Origin: Gammaproteobacteria bacterium
GTDB lineage: Bacteria > Pseudomonadota > Gammaproteobacteria > Acidiferrobacterales > UBA6901
Assembly: GCA_028068195.1 (NCBI GenBank)
Contig: JAPTTX010000025.1
Coordinates: 1,799 to 65,798 of the forward strand
DNA length: 64,000 nt
Direction of reading: 5' to 3'
Shown: one piece after another, positions 1-11,365 of the stretch
How positions within the stretch are numbered: the stretch's first letter is position 1
Layout of the letters: each line of letters opens with the position of its first letter
Made by a program: the position numbers and the translations under genes
Notes under the pieces: generated by a model
What the model saw: the letters and a program-made list of their open reading frames with translations, nothing else
Database searches by the model: none
What the model was told of the DNA's origin: nothing

Positions 1-128
1 CGGCGGCTGTTCGATCCTGGCGCCTTGACCTGAGGCAGGCGCTGTCGCGCCCCCGGAAACCGCGCCTGGGCACCGTTGAAGGGGGCGTGGGTAAAAGGTA
101 AACTTAAGCACTTTTGCTTGGAATTCTC

Positions 129-153
129 CGGAAATTGCGCATTTCCGTACAAT
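129..153 (+). promoter_or_regulatory. Putative gltB promoter: -10 TACAAT (148-153) preceded by inverted repeat CGGAAAT-N5-ATTTCCG (129-147)
   Basis: Motifs read directly; no good -35; function inferred. Confidence 0.35.
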
Positions 154-195
154 GCGCCCCGGTCCAGCACGCGCCAATTTTGAGCGAGGTACAAC

Positions 196-3100
196 GTGAG
201 TCACCCGGGGCTGCCTGCGCGGCAAGGCTTGTATGATCCCAGACACGAGCATGACGCTTGTGGCGTCGGGTTCGTCGCCCACATCAGGGGGCAGAAGAGC
301 CATGCCATCGTCGAGCAGGGATTGCAGATCCTGAGGAACCTTAGTCACCGCGGCGCAACGGGAGCCGACCCCCTGGCCGGCGACGGGGCCGGAATTCTCA
401 TTCAACTGCCCGACGCCTTTCTGAGGCGGGAATTTTTGCGCAACGGGGTCTCTCTGCCGGTTGCCGGTTCCTACGGGATCGGCATGCTGTTCCTTCCGCG
501 TCAGTCTGAACAGCGCAGGACCTGCGAAGAGGTGATCGCACAAACCGCGGCTGCAGAAGGCATGGCGGTGCTCGGCTGGCGCGATGTGCCGACCAACAAC
601 CTGCGCCTGGGCAGAGGTGTCCGGGACGTCGAGCCGGCAATCAGACAGGTAGCGATTGCGTGTGGCGAGATCCCCGCAGGCGAGAGCCTTGAACGCAAGC
701 TCTTCGTGCTGCGCAAGCGCATCGAGCATGCGATTCGGAGCTGTGCCGCCTTGGGAGGCGCCGAAGGCTTTTACATCCCGTCGCTGTCCAGCCGCACCCT
801 GGTTTACAAAGGAATGCTGCTGGCTGACCAGGTGGCGGAATATTATCCCGATCTCGCGGACCCGGCGCTGGTGACGGCACTTGCCCTGGTACATCAGCGG
901 TTTTCCACCAACACCTTCCCCACCTGGGATCTGGCGCACCCGTTCCGGATGATTGCCCACAATGGAGAGATCAACACTTTGCGGGGGAACGTGAACTGGA
1001 TGGCGGCCCGCCGCGCCACCATGTCTTCCCGGTTCCTCGGCGACGATCTCGACAAGCTCTGGCCGCTCATCGTCGAGGGCCAATCGGATTCGGCCTGCTT
1101 CGACAACGCCCTCGAGCTGCTCGTAGCCGGCGGCTATTCGCTGGCTCATGCCATGATGCTGCTCATTCCCGAAGCCTGGGCCGGAAATCCGCTGATGGAT
1201 GAGAAGCGGCGGGCCTTCTACGAGTATCACGCCGCGCTCATGGAACCATGGGACGGGCCAGCGGCAGTCGCATTCACCGACGGTCGCCAGATCGGCGCTA
1301 CCCTGGACCGCAACGGTCTGCGTCCGGCCCGCTACCTGATTACCGATGAAGACATCGTGGTCATGGCGTCGGAGACCGGCGTGCTGGACATACCCGAATC
1401 CAGGATCACCAAGAAGTGGCGGCTACAGCCGGGCAAAATGCTGCTCATAGATCTGGAGGCCGGCCGCATCATCGATGACACCGAACTAAAGGACCGGCTG
1501 GCGGCACTGCGCCCCTACCGGACTTGGCTCGACAAGACCCAGCTGGTACTCGAGAAGCTTGCATCCGTGCCGGTTGCCGAGCACGAGGCCGGTGCGCTGC
1601 TTGATCGTCAGCAGGCATTCGGCTACACGCAGGAGGACATCAAATTCATTTTAGCGCCCATGGCCATCGGCGGGCAGGAACCCGTCGGCTCCATGGGCAA
1701 CGACACGCCGCTCGCGGTGCTGTCGAACCGGCCGAAGCTTCTGTACTGCTACTTCAAGCAGCTGTTTGCCCAGGTTACCAATCCGCCCATAGACCCGATT
1801 CGCGAAGAGCTGGTCATGTCGCTGGTGTCGTTCATCGGACCCCGTCCCAATCTCCTCGGCCTCGACCAGGCTGAGCCGCACCGCAGGCTTGAGGTGACGC
1901 AGCCGGTGCTGACGGGCGAGGATATGGCCAAGATACGCCGCATCCGTGAATGCACCGACGGCTGTTTCGACGCAATTACCCTGAGCATGTGCTACGCGGC
2001 GGACCAGGGCGCTGCCGGCATGGAAGCGGCGCTCGATGCCTTGTGCGCCGGCGCCGAGGAGGCGGTCCGCAACGGTCACAATGTCCTGATACTGTCGGAC
2101 CGCGACGTTGGGGCGCTACTTCTGCCGATTCCGGCGCTGCTCGCAACCTCGGCGGTGCATCATCATCTCATCCGCGAGGGTTTGCGCACCAAGGTGGGGT
2201 TGGTGATTGAAACCGGCTCCGCGCGCGAGGTTCACCACTTCGCGTTGCTTGCCGGCTACGGAGCCGAAGCCGTGCATCCCTATCTCGCCTTTGAGACCAT
2301 TGCCGGCATGGCCGAGGTTTTGCCGGCCGACCTCAAGCCGGCGGAAGCCTGCAAGCGCTACGTCAAGGCGGTGGACAAGGGGCTTCTCAAGGTCATGTCC
2401 AAGATGGGAATCTCGACTTACCAGTCTTATTGCGGTGCGCAGATTTTCGAGGCAGTCGGCTTGAACACGACGTTCGTCAACCGGTACTTCACTGGCACCG
2501 CCTCCAAGGTTGAAGGCGTCGGGCTCGGGGAGGTCGCCCAAGAGGCCGTGCGTTGGCACCAGCTGGCCTATGGCGATGCGCCCATTTACCGCAGCGCCCT
2601 CGATACCGGTGGTGAGTATGCGTACCGAATCCGCGGCGAGGCGCATATGTGGACGCCGCAGAGCATATCGCAGCTGCAGCACGCGACGAGAACGAACAGC
2701 TACGCAACTTACAAGGAGTATGCCAAACTTATCAACGACCAGAGCCAGCGGCTCATGACTCTGCGCGGCCTGTTCGAGATCAAGAAGTCTGCCCGCCCTG
2801 TTCCGCTGGAGGAAGTCGAGCCGGCCCGAGAGATCGTCAAACGCTTCGCCACCGGCGCCATGTCCCTCGGATCCATCTCGACCGAAGCGCACACGACCCT
2901 GGCGATCGCCATGAACCGCATCGGCGCAAAGTCCAATACTGGTGAAGGGGGAGAGGACGCCCGCCGGTATCCGGAGGCGAGGGAGGGGGAATCTCTGCGT
3001 TCCCGCATTCCGAGCGTCGTGCGCGACATCGGGCTGCAGCCGGGCGATTCGCTGCGCTCCCGGATCAAACAGGTTGCTGCCGGGCGGTTCGGGGTGACAA

Positions 3101-4893
3101 CGGAATACCTCGTCAGCGCTGACCAGATCCAGATCAAGATGGCCCAGGGCGCGAAGCCCGGTGAGGGCGGACAGCTGCCAGGGCACAAGGTGAGCGAGTA
3201 TATCGCGCAATTGCGCTTTTCGGTTCCCGGCGTCGGCCTGATTTCTCCGCCTCCGCATCACGACATTTATTCGATCGAGGATCTGGCGCAGTTGATCCAC
3301 GACCTGAAGAACGTCAATCCACGCGCCTCTATCAGCGTCAAGCTCGTATCCGAGGTGGGCGTCGGTACGGTCGCGGCAGGAGTGTCCAAGGCGCACGCGG
3401 ATCATGTCACCATTTCGGGACACGACGGCGGAACCGGAGCGAGCCCGCTCTCGTCGGTCATGTTTGCCGGCAGCCCATGGGAGCTCGGCCTTGCGGAAAC
3501 CCAGCAGACGCTGGTTCTGAACCAGCTGCGCGGCCGCATTGCCGTGCAGGTCGACGGGCAGATGAAGACCGGTCGCGATGTGGTGATAGGCGCGTTACTC
3601 GGTGCTGACGAGTTCGGGTTTGCGACGGCACCGCTGGTGGTGGAAGGCTGCATCATGATGCGCAAGTGCCACCTGAATACCTGTCCGGTGGGCGTGGCAA
3701 CGCAGGATCCGGTATTGCGCAAGAGATTCACCGGACAGCCTGAGCATGTGATCAACTATTTCTTCTTTGTGGCGGAGGAAGTGCGCGAGTACATGGCGCA
3801 GATGGGTTTCCGCACCTTTGACGAGATGATTGGTCGCAACGACATGCTCGACGTGCGCGCTGGCATCACGCACTGGAAGGCCAAGGGGCTCGATTTCTCG
3901 CGTATTCTGCATCAGCCTGCGACCGCGGCCGGTGCGGCAATCCATCACCGCGAGTCGCAGAATCATGGTCTCGACCGCGCCCTGGATCACGAACTGATCC
4001 GCCAGGCAATGCCGGCGCTTGAGTCGCGGAAGCCGGTGACGATCGACCTGCCCGTACGGAACATCAATCGCACTATAGGCGCCATGCTTTCGGGCGAGGT
4101 CGCGCGGCGCTTCGGCCATGCCGGACTTCCCGATGACACGATCGTTATCCGTGCGCATGGCACAGCCGGGCAGAGCTTCGGCGCATGGTTGACGCATGGG
4201 GTGACTTTGGAGCTGCGCGGTGACGCCAACGATTATGTCGGCAAAGGCCTCTCCGGAGGGCGTATCGTCATCAGTCCGCCTGCAGACAGCCGCATCGTCG
4301 CCGAAGACAATATCATCGCGGGGAATACCGTGCTCTACGGTGCGATCGATGGGGAGTGCTATATCCGCGGCGTTGCTGGTGAGCGGTTCGCGGTGCGCAA
4401 TTCCGGTGCGATTGCGGTCGTCGAAGGGGCGGGTGACCACGGGTGCGAGTACATGACCGGTGGCACGGTCCTGGTGCTGGGTGTGGCTGGGCGCAACTTC
4501 GCCGCGGGTATGAGCGGCGGCATCGCCTTTGTTCTTGACGAGGCCGGGGATTTCACCAAGCGCTGCAATCTCTCCATGGTTGAGCTGGCACCAGTGCCGG
4601 AAGAGGACCGGACCATCGGCGAGAACGAGGCGCAGGGCGGCGAACTGGAGACACATGGGGTTGTCAACATCAACCACCTGGAACACAGCGATGCTACGAT
4701 ACTGCGCCGCCTGATCCAGAACCATCTGCGCTACACCGGGAGTACGCGTGCGCGCATGATTCTGGACAATTTCGATGTCTACCTGCCGAAATTCGTGAAA
4801 GTCATGCCGGTGGAATACCGCCGCGCTCTGGCCGAAATGGCCGCAGCCCAAGCCCGTGCGCAGCAGCCGGAAAGCCTGGTGAAGCATGGGTAA
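196..4893 (+). CDS. gltB: Glutamate synthase large subunit
   Basis: 1565-aa ORF; EHDACGVGF amidotransferase Cys, [50 protein letters not shown] cluster motif. Confidence 0.98.
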   Translation: MSHPGLPARQGLYDPRHEHDACGVGFVAHIRGQKSHAIVEQGLQILRNLSHRGATGADPLAGDGAGILIQLPDAFLRREFLRNGVSLPVAGSYGIGMLFLPRQSEQRRTCEEVIAQTAAAEGMAVLGWRDVPTNNLRLGRGVRDVEPAIRQVAIACGEIPAGESLERKLFVLRKRIEHAIRSCAALGGAEGFYIPSLSSRTLVYKGMLLADQVAEYYPDLADPALVTALALVHQRFSTNTFPTWDLAHPFRMIAHNGEINTLRGNVNWMAARRATMSSRFLGDDLDKLWPLIVEGQSDSACFDNALELLVAGGYSLAHAMMLLIPEAWAGNPLMDEKRRAFYEYHAALMEPWDGPAAVAFTDGRQIGATLDRNGLRPARYLITDEDIVVMASETGVLDIPESRITKKWRLQPGKMLLIDLEAGRIIDDTELKDRLAALRPYRTWLDKTQLVLEKLASVPVAEHEAGALLDRQQAFGYTQEDIKFILAPMAIGGQEPVGSMGNDTPLAVLSNRPKLLYCYFKQLFAQVTNPPIDPIREELVMSLVSFIGPRPNLLGLDQAEPHRRLEVTQPVLTGEDMAKIRRIRECTDGCFDAITLSMCYAADQGAAGMEAALDALCAGAEEAVRNGHNVLILSDRDVGALLLPIPALLATSAVHHHLIREGLRTKVGLVIETGSAREVHHFALLAGYGAEAVHPYLAFETIAGMAEVLPADLKPAEACKRYVKAVDKGLLKVMSKMGISTYQSYCGAQIFEAVGLNTTFVNRYFTGTASKVEGVGLGEVAQEAVRWHQLAYGDAPIYRSALDTGGEYAYRIRGEAHMWTPQSISQLQHATRTNSYATYKEYAKLINDQSQRLMTLRGLFEIKKSARPVPLEEVEPAREIVKRFATGAMSLGSISTEAHTTLAIAMNRIGAKSNTGEGGEDARRYPEAREGESLRSRIPSVVRDIGLQPGDSLRSRIKQVAAGRFGVTTEYLVSADQIQIKMAQGAKPGEGGQLPGHKVSEYIAQLRFSVPGVGLISPPPHHDIYSIEDLAQLIHDLKNVNPRASISVKLVSEVGVGTVAAGVSKAHADHVTISGHDGGTGASPLSSVMFAGSPWELGLAETQQTLVLNQLRGRIAVQVDGQMKTGRDVVIGALLGADEFGFATAPLVVEGCIMMRKCHLNTCPVGVATQDPVLRKRFTGQPEHVINYFFFVAEEVREYMAQMGFRTFDEMIGRNDMLDVRAGITHWKAKGLDFSRILHQPATAAGAAIHHRESQNHGLDRALDHELIRQAMPALESRKPVTIDLPVRNINRTIGAMLSGEVARRFGHAGLPDDTIVIRAHGTAGQSFGAWLTHGVTLELRGDANDYVGKGLSGGRIVISPPADSRIVAEDNIIAGNTVLYGAIDGECYIRGVAGERFAVRNSGAIAVVEGAGDHGCEYMTGGTVLVLGVAGRNFAAGMSGGIAFVLDEAGDFTKRCNLSMVELAPVPEEDRTIGENEAQGGELETHGVVNINHLEHSDATILRRLIQNHLRYTGSTRARMILDNFDVYLPKFVKVMPVEYRRALAEMAAAQARAQQPESLVKHG

Positions 4894-6334
4894 GCCGACG
4901 GGATTTCTGGAGTTCGGCCGGCAAGATCCCGCCGAACTGCCGGTCACGGAGCGGATCCGGTTTTACAAAGAATTCGCGCTTCCCCTGGAAGAGCGGGAGA
5001 TGGCGCGACAGGGCGCACGCTGCATGGACTGCGGCATACCCTTTTGCCAGAGCGGCTGTCCGGTGAACAACATAATTCCGGACTGGAACGATCTGGTCTA
5101 TCGGGGGCGCTGGAAGGAGGCGCTCGCGGTGCTGCATTCAACCAACAACTTCCCGGAGTTTACCGGCAGGGTCTGCCCGGCGCCGTGCGAAGAGGCGTGC
5201 ACGCTGAACATCAACAGCGACCCGGTCACGATCAAGAACATCGAGCACGCAATCATCGACAAGGGCTGGGAGGAGGGCTGGGTACAGCCACAGCCTGCCG
5301 CGCGCGGGACCGGCAGACGGGTCGCCATCGTAGGGTCCGGACCGGCAGGTCTCGCGTGCGCCCAGCAGCTGGCACGCGCCGGTCATGCGGTGACGGTGTT
5401 CGAGAAGAGCGACCGCCCCGGAGGCCTCCTGCGCTACGGGATTCCGGACTTTAAGCTGGAAAAGCTTCACGTTGAGCGGCGAATCGAACAGATGGCGGCC
5501 GAGGGTGTGGACTTCCGCCTCAATCAGCACGTCGGTGTGAACGTTCCGGCGAAAACGCTGCTCGTCGAATACGACGCGGTGGTCCTGGCCGGAGGTTCCG
5601 AACATCCGCGTGACCTGCTTGTTCCCGGACGGCAGCTAAAGGGTGTGCATTTCGCCATGGAGTTCCTGCCGCAGCAAAACCGGCGCATCGCGGGAGACCG
5701 CATCCCCGAAGATGTTGCGATCACCGCCACCGGCAAGCACGTGGTAGTCATCGGCGGAGGCGACACAGGTTCCGACTGTGTCGGTACGTCGATCCGGCAG
5801 GGGGCGAGGTCTGTAACCCAGATCGAGCTTCTGCCACGGCCGCCGGAAAGGCCGGACCGTCTTGTCACCTGGCCGGACTGGCCGCTGAAGCTCCGCACGT
5901 CGACGTCCCAGCAGGAGGGGATGACGCGCGATTGGGGTGTTGCCACCAAGGAGTTCGCCGGCCGGGATGGCTGTGTCCGCAGCTTGCGTGCGGTCCGCGT
6001 GGAATGGCGCAAAGACGGTCGCGGGGCACCAACCATGCACGAAGTGCCGGGCAGCGAATTTGAGATGAAAGCGGAGCTGGTGCTGCTGGCTCTGGGCTAT
6101 CTCCACCCCGTGCACGAAGGCATGCTCAGCGAACTTGCCGTGGGACTGGATGGTCGCGGCAACATTGCTGCCACGGATTCTGAAGGCGGTTACCGCACTT
6201 CGGTGGCCAAGGTGTTTGCCGCGGGAGACACCCGCCGCGGCCAATCGCTTGTCGTGTGGGCGATTCGCGAAGGGCGCCAGGCGGCGCGCGCGGTCGACGA
6301 GTTTCTCATGGGCAGTTCCGACCTGCCGCGCTGA
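4886..6334 (+). CDS. gltD: Glutamate synthase small subunit
   Basis: MGKPTGF start, [31 protein letters not shown]; overlaps gltB stop. Confidence 0.97.
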   Translation: MGKPTGFLEFGRQDPAELPVTERIRFYKEFALPLEEREMARQGARCMDCGIPFCQSGCPVNNIIPDWNDLVYRGRWKEALAVLHSTNNFPEFTGRVCPAPCEEACTLNINSDPVTIKNIEHAIIDKGWEEGWVQPQPAARGTGRRVAIVGSGPAGLACAQQLARAGHAVTVFEKSDRPGGLLRYGIPDFKLEKLHVERRIEQMAAEGVDFRLNQHVGVNVPAKTLLVEYDAVVLAGGSEHPRDLLVPGRQLKGVHFAMEFLPQQNRRIAGDRIPEDVAITATGKHVVVIGGGDTGSDCVGTSIRQGARSVTQIELLPRPPERPDRLVTWPDWPLKLRTSTSQQEGMTRDWGVATKEFAGRDGCVRSLRAVRVEWRKDGRGAPTMHEVPGSEFEMKAELVLLALGYLHPVHEGMLSELAVGLDGRGNIAATDSEGGYRTSVAKVFAAGDTRRGQSLVVWAIREGRQAARAVDEFLMGSSDLPR

Positions 6335-6362
6335 CCGTTCACGCAACCGACGGCCATGCGTG

Positions 6363-7490
6363 ATGAACATTAGAGCAGTGTCCGCTGACGGTCCCGTTTC
6401 GGGCGCCAATGACCGCTTGCTGCGCGCCCTCCTGCGTCAGCCGGTCGACGTGACCCCGGTATGGGTAATGCGCCAGGCTGGGCGCTATCTCCCGGAATAC
6501 CGCAGGGTGCGCGAGCAAGCGGGATCGTTCATGCATTTATGCACCACGCCGGAACTGGCCTGCGAGGTCACCCTGCAGCCGCTGCGGCGGTTCAGGCTCG
6601 ATGCCGCCATCCTGTTTTCCGACATTCTTACCGTTCCGGACGCCATGGGGCTGGGTCTACGAATGTGCGAGGGCGAGGGTCCGCAGTTCGAGCGTCCGCT
6701 GCGTACGGCCGCCGACGTGAACCGCCTAGCCGTGCCCGACCCGGATGATCGACTGCGCTACGTGCTCGATGCAGTACGGCTGATTCGGCGCGAGCTGGCC
6801 GGGGCCGCTCCCCTGATCGGCTTTGCCGGATCGCCCTGGACTCTTGCAACCTACATGGTCGAAGGTGGATCAAGCAAGGAATTCGGCCGCGTAAAAGGCA
6901 TGATGTTCCAGGATCCGGCCACCATGCATCGGCTTTTGGACATCAACGCGCGCGCCGTCTCCGCATACCTCAACGCGCAAATCGAGGCCGGAGCGCAGGC
7001 AGTCATGCTGTTCGACACCTGGGGCGGGGTGTTGACGCCGCGCGATTATCGGGAATTTTCCCTGCGATACATGCGCCAAGTGGTTGCCGGGCTGAAACGC
7101 GAATCGGAAGGCCGGCGCGTTCCGGTTATCCTGTTCACCAAAGCCGGGGGGGCGTGGCTCGAAGACCTAGCGGCGAGCGGCTGCGACGCCTTAGGTGTGG
7201 ATTGGACGATGGACATGTCCGAAGCCCGTAGACGGGTTGCCGGACGTGTCGCCTTGCAGGGAAATATGGATCCTTCCGTCCTCTATGCCTCACCGGAGCG
7301 GATACGGCAGGAAGTGGAAGCCATCCTCGACAGCTATGGTCCGGGCCCGGGACATGTCTTCAACCTCGGTCATGGCGTGCACCAGCATACCGACCCCGAT
7401 CATCTCGCGGTCATGGTGGACGCGGTGCATGAGCTGAGCGCGAAATTTCACTCGGGGGTCGGTGCCGACGCTGCCGGACAAACCGTCTGA
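6363..7490 (+). CDS. hemE: Uroporphyrinogen decarboxylase
   Basis: [38 protein letters not shown]; ATG 6363 chosen within ORF 6135..7490. Confidence 0.96.
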   Translation: MNIRAVSADGPVSGANDRLLRALLRQPVDVTPVWVMRQAGRYLPEYRRVREQAGSFMHLCTTPELACEVTLQPLRRFRLDAAILFSDILTVPDAMGLGLRMCEGEGPQFERPLRTAADVNRLAVPDPDDRLRYVLDAVRLIRRELAGAAPLIGFAGSPWTLATYMVEGGSSKEFGRVKGMMFQDPATMHRLLDINARAVSAYLNAQIEAGAQAVMLFDTWGGVLTPRDYREFSLRYMRQVVAGLKRESEGRRVPVILFTKAGGAWLEDLAASGCDALGVDWTMDMSEARRRVAGRVALQGNMDPSVLYASPERIRQEVEAILDSYGPGPGHVFNLGHGVHQHTDPDHLAVMVDAVHELSAKFHSGVGADAAGQTV

Positions 7491-7630
7491 CGATTCAAGC
7501 GGCTTCGGCGCCGCCGTACGGTTGCCTGCGGACCCCTTCGCCGGCCGGAAACGCTGGATTCCGGTCCTGACGGCAGGTTCCGGCTCGGGAAATTTGCTGG
7601 CGGGCCTGCATCCAAGTCCACCCGAATCGC

Positions 7631-8518
7631 TCAAGTGCCTGTAGTGCGGAGCAATGAGGCCAGCATGCGTTCGGCCTGAGCCTGATAGCCGCCCCCGAAC
7701 AGGTTCAGGTGGTTGAGGATGTGGTACAGATTGTACAGGTCCTTGCGTATCGGGTAACCGCTGTCGAGCGGCAGCCGTTCGCGGTAGGCCTCATAGAATG
7801 CCGCCGGGAAGCCCCCGAACAGCTCGGTCATTGCCAGATCCGCTTCGCGATCACCGAAATAGACCGCCGGGTCGAAGATCACCGGCTTCCCGTTCTGGTC
7901 GGCGGCATAGTTTCCTCCCCAGAGGTCTCCGTGCAGCAGAGAAGGTTGCGGCCGATGACCATCCAGCAGGGCTGGTAGAGCGGCGAGCAGCCGCTCGCCG
8001 TCCCGCTGCAGCGCACCGCGGTATCCGTTGCGCGCTGCCAGCTGCAGTTGGAAACCGAGACGTTGCCGGCCCCAGAAGTCGCCCCAGTCCTCTGATGGCA
8101 TATTGATCTGGGGGGTGGTTCCGATTGTGTTATCGCGGTGCCAACCGAAACGTTCGCCGCGGACCTGGTGCAGCTGCGCCAGCCCGCGGCCCAGCTCCTC
8201 CGCAGTCCCCGCATCGCCCCTGCCCAACGCCAGGTACTCGAGCACTAGGTAGGAATGCCCATCGGCGACACCCCAGCATACCGGCGCAGGCACTCGGATT
8301 GCGCTGGCCTGTCCAAGCTCCCGAAGCCCAGCCGCTTCCGCTGCGAACATCTCGAGGCATCCGGGCTGGTTCAGTTTCAGAAAATAGCGTTCGCCGCGGC
8401 TTTCGATAATCTCGGCCCGGTTGATGCAACCCCCGTTGACCAGGGACCTGCGGAGCGGTTGAAACCGGCTCCCGGTGGCTCGCGAAATTTCCTCGGCAAT
8501 TTCCGGAATCAGCGTCAT
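7631..8518 (-). CDS. Fructosamine kinase family protein
   Basis: GGCIN, FGWHRDNTIG, LLHGDLWGGN, FDPAVYFGDREADLAM. Confidence 0.92.
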   Translation of the reverse strand: MTLIPEIAEEISRATGSRFQPLRRSLVNGGCINRAEIIESRGERYFLKLNQPGCLEMFAAEAAGLRELGQASAIRVPAPVCWGVADGHSYLVLEYLALGRGDAGTAEELGRGLAQLHQVRGERFGWHRDNTIGTTPQINMPSEDWGDFWGRQRLGFQLQLAARNGYRGALQRDGERLLAALPALLDGHRPQPSLLHGDLWGGNYAADQNGKPVIFDPAVYFGDREADLAMTELFGGFPAAFYEAYRERLPLDSGYPIRKDLYNLYHILNHLNLFGGGYQAQAERMLASLLRTTGT

Positions 8519-8815
8519 AGGGGACCAGGGTCTGTTGCGATCCATGCAATGCGCCGGGCGTTTCCCCGGCTGGTCGGACTGACGATATCACTGCGGAAGC
8601 CGGCGCGAAATGCGCGCTGACGTCCACGGTGTACCGCCACCGTGGGGACGCGACCGGTACCGCGGGAGGGCCGTCCGAAGGACAGAGGGCGGCCGGCCTG
8701 CACCGCTGCCTGTCTCTGGGAGACACAAAACCATGGGTTCGGAGCCGCGCGGCCCAGCTGCATCCAGAGGCCCTGTCGGGGTTGGTACGGCAAAAATTAC
8801 CGATCCGTCAAGCAA

Positions 8816-9109
8816 TTATTCACATGATGCGGCAGCCAGGCGGCCGGAACAGTCCGATGTCCAATCACCCGAAAAATCCTCGATAGATTTATACTAACAT
8901 ATTGTTCTGACTAATGTTTTTTTAGCACAAACTTTAGACAGTTCGAAAGCAGCCAGGGAAATTTGTCAAAATTTCAATTCGTGAATGAGCGATCATCAAC
9001 AGGGTTATCCACAGGCGGCCAGTTGCCAACCAGAGCCGTTTAACCACAATCAGTTAGCGGCGATTTTGAAAGTTGTTAAGTTCCCGTGGATCGGTTGATG
9101 TTTCACGGG
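8816..9109. promoter_or_regulatory. DnaA-box cluster with AT-rich tract (possible oriC or DnaA-controlled region) upstream of priA
   Basis: TTATTCACA 8816-8824 and TTATCCACA 9005-9013 match TTWTNCACA; 1-mismatch boxes TTTAGCACA 8921-8929 and TTAACCACA 9040-9048; AT-rich tract ~8883-8980. Confidence 0.5.
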
Positions 9110-9140
9110 GAGCTGGTACAACTATGCTAGAGTGCGTCCC

Positions 9141-11348
9141 ATGCCTTTGGTCCAGCGCATTGTCCAAGTCGCCGTTCCCTCTCCCCTGGCCCGCACCTTC
9201 GACTACCTGTCTCCCGAATCGGGTTCCGTCCCATTGCCCGGCGCACGGGTCCGGGTACCATTCGGCCGGCGGTCCGTCATCGGGGTTGTGACCGCCGTTG
9301 TCGCGCACAGTACGCTCCCCGTAGCCCGTTTGAAGGCCATTCAGGAAGTGCTCGACCTCGAGCCTCTCTTGTCGCCAGAACTGCTGGGCCTGCTGCAGTG
9401 GGCTTCGGAATACTACCACCACCCTCTGGGCGAGGTCGTCAGCGCCGCGCTTCCACAAGCCTTGCGGCGCGGCCGGCCCGCGCTCGCCGGCGGCGGCATT
9501 GGCTGGGCAATCACAGAATCCGGGCGTGTGCGTCTCGTGACCACCCCGTCGCTGCGCGGGGTGCCCGCCGGCATCCTGCGGGCCTTAGCCGGTCACGAGT
9601 CGGTCGCCGACGAATCTGTCCTGGCGTCTGTTTCCGACCGCTGGCGTCCTGCCCTGCGGTCGCTGGCGGCGCGAGGGTGGGTTGCCGTGGTCCCGCGCGA
9701 TTTTCGGGCAGGAACGGGGGGGAAGGCGGTCGAACCACCTCAAGCCAGTGCAGCCCAGGCTGCTGCCATCGCGGCCATCTCCGAGAGCGAACCGGGGTTT
9801 CACTGCTACTTGGTGCACGGGGTGACCGGCAGCGGCAAGACCGAGGTATATCTTCGCGTAATCGACCGGGTCCTCGATTCCGGAGCGCAGGTGCTCGTGC
9901 TGGTGCCGGAGATCGGGCTCACTCCGCAGCTGGTGGACCGCTTCCGCCAGCGTTTCAATGTCGGCATTGCGGTGATGCACTCGGGGCTGAACGCTTCCGA
10001 GCGCTTGCGTGCATGGCTCCAGGCCCGGGACGGGTCAGCGCGCATTGTGCTCGGGACGCGATCGGCGGTTTTTGTTCCGATGAAGACCTTGCGCCTCATC
10101 GTGGTCGACGAGGAGCACGACGGGTCCTACAAGCAGCAGGACGGCTTCCGGTATTCAGGGCGAGACGTCGCCATACGGCGCGGTCAGCATGAAGGAATTC
10201 CGGTCGTGCTGGGATCGGCCACGCCCTCATTCGAGAGCCTGTACAATGCGCGTCAGGGGCGCTACCGGCTACTGCAGCTGCGTGATCGCATCGGCCGGGC
10301 GCAGCTACCGCCGGTGCGCATTCTGGATCTGCGCCGGCTGGCGCATTCGGATGGCCTGGCTCCTCCCCTGATCGAGGCATTGGTTGAGCGCCTCTCGCGC
10401 CGAGAGCAGAGCCTCCTATTCCTCAACCGCCGCGGGTTTGCGCCGGTACTCATGTGTCATGACTGCGGCTGGTTTGCGCCTTGCCCCCGCTGCGATGCCC
10501 GCCTGACCCTGCACAAGGCGGACAGCAGGCTACGCTGTCATCACTGTGGCAGCGAAACCAGCGTGCCAGTCGCATGCCCGGTCTGCCAGGGAGGGAATTT
10601 GCGCGGTCTCGGCGAGGGAACCGAACGCGTGGAAGCGGCGCTTACCAGGATTTTCCCCGGCGCCAGCATTGAGCGGATCGATCGCGACACCACTCGCCGC
10701 AAAGGCGTCCTCGAGCAAAAGCTCGGACGCGTGCGCGCCGGTACGGCCGATATCCTGGTCGGAACCCAGATGCTAGCCAAAGGACACGATTTTCCGAATC
10801 TCACCTTAGTCGGTGTCCTCAATGCGGACCAGGGGCTCTACGGATACGATTTCCGTTCGGGGGAGCATCTGTTTCAGCGTATCTTGCAGGTTGCCGGCCG
10901 CGCCGGCCGCGCCGACAAGCCCGGCGAGGTGTTCATCCAGACCTTTCATCCCGACCACCCCCTGTTTCTGGCTCTGTGCCGCCACGACTATGCCGGATTC
11001 GCCGATTACGCGATGCAGGAGCGCCAGGAGGCCCAGTTTCCTCCTTATTGCCATCTGGCACTGCTTCGTGCGGAATCTCCGGGCCGCCACGACGCGCTCA
11101 CGTTTCTGGCGCACGCGCTCGGGCTTGCCGGCTCCTTGGATTCGGCGGCCGCAGTGACGGTCACGGATCCGGTGCCATCCCCGATGGAGCGCAGGTCAGG
11201 ACGCTATCGTGCCCAGTTGCTGGTTCACGCCACGCGTCGGCCTGCCCTGCACCGCTTCCTCGGTCAGTGGCTCGCCCTGATTGCCGAAAGCCCGCTCGCA
11301 CGCAGAACGCGCTGGTCGGTAGATGTGGACCCGCTCGACATGCATTGA
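9141..11348 (+). CDS. priA: Primosomal protein N' (replication restart helicase)
   Basis: GVTGSGKTE, DEEHD, four CxxC zinc motifs, GTQMLAKGHDFP, QVAGRAGR. Confidence 0.97.
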   Translation: MPLVQRIVQVAVPSPLARTFDYLSPESGSVPLPGARVRVPFGRRSVIGVVTAVVAHSTLPVARLKAIQEVLDLEPLLSPELLGLLQWASEYYHHPLGEVVSAALPQALRRGRPALAGGGIGWAITESGRVRLVTTPSLRGVPAGILRALAGHESVADESVLASVSDRWRPALRSLAARGWVAVVPRDFRAGTGGKAVEPPQASAAQAAAIAAISESEPGFHCYLVHGVTGSGKTEVYLRVIDRVLDSGAQVLVLVPEIGLTPQLVDRFRQRFNVGIAVMHSGLNASERLRAWLQARDGSARIVLGTRSAVFVPMKTLRLIVVDEEHDGSYKQQDGFRYSGRDVAIRRGQHEGIPVVLGSATPSFESLYNARQGRYRLLQLRDRIGRAQLPPVRILDLRRLAHSDGLAPPLIEALVERLSRREQSLLFLNRRGFAPVLMCHDCGWFAPCPRCDARLTLHKADSRLRCHHCGSETSVPVACPVCQGGNLRGLGEGTERVEAALTRIFPGASIERIDRDTTRRKGVLEQKLGRVRAGTADILVGTQMLAKGHDFPNLTLVGVLNADQGLYGYDFRSGEHLFQRILQVAGRAGRADKPGEVFIQTFHPDHPLFLALCRHDYAGFADYAMQERQEAQFPPYCHLALLRAESPGRHDALTFLAHALGLAGSLDSAAAVTVTDPVPSPMERRSGRYRAQLLVHATRRPALHRFLGQWLALIAESPLARRTRWSVDVDPLDMH

Positions 11349-11365
11349 CTGCGGCCGGTTGCCGC

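Noticed and set aside
2116-4947. Long antisense ORFs (435 aa, 450 aa) opposite gltB
   Set aside because: Shadow ORFs expected from GC-rich codon bias; no protein motifs; almost entirely overlap a confident gene
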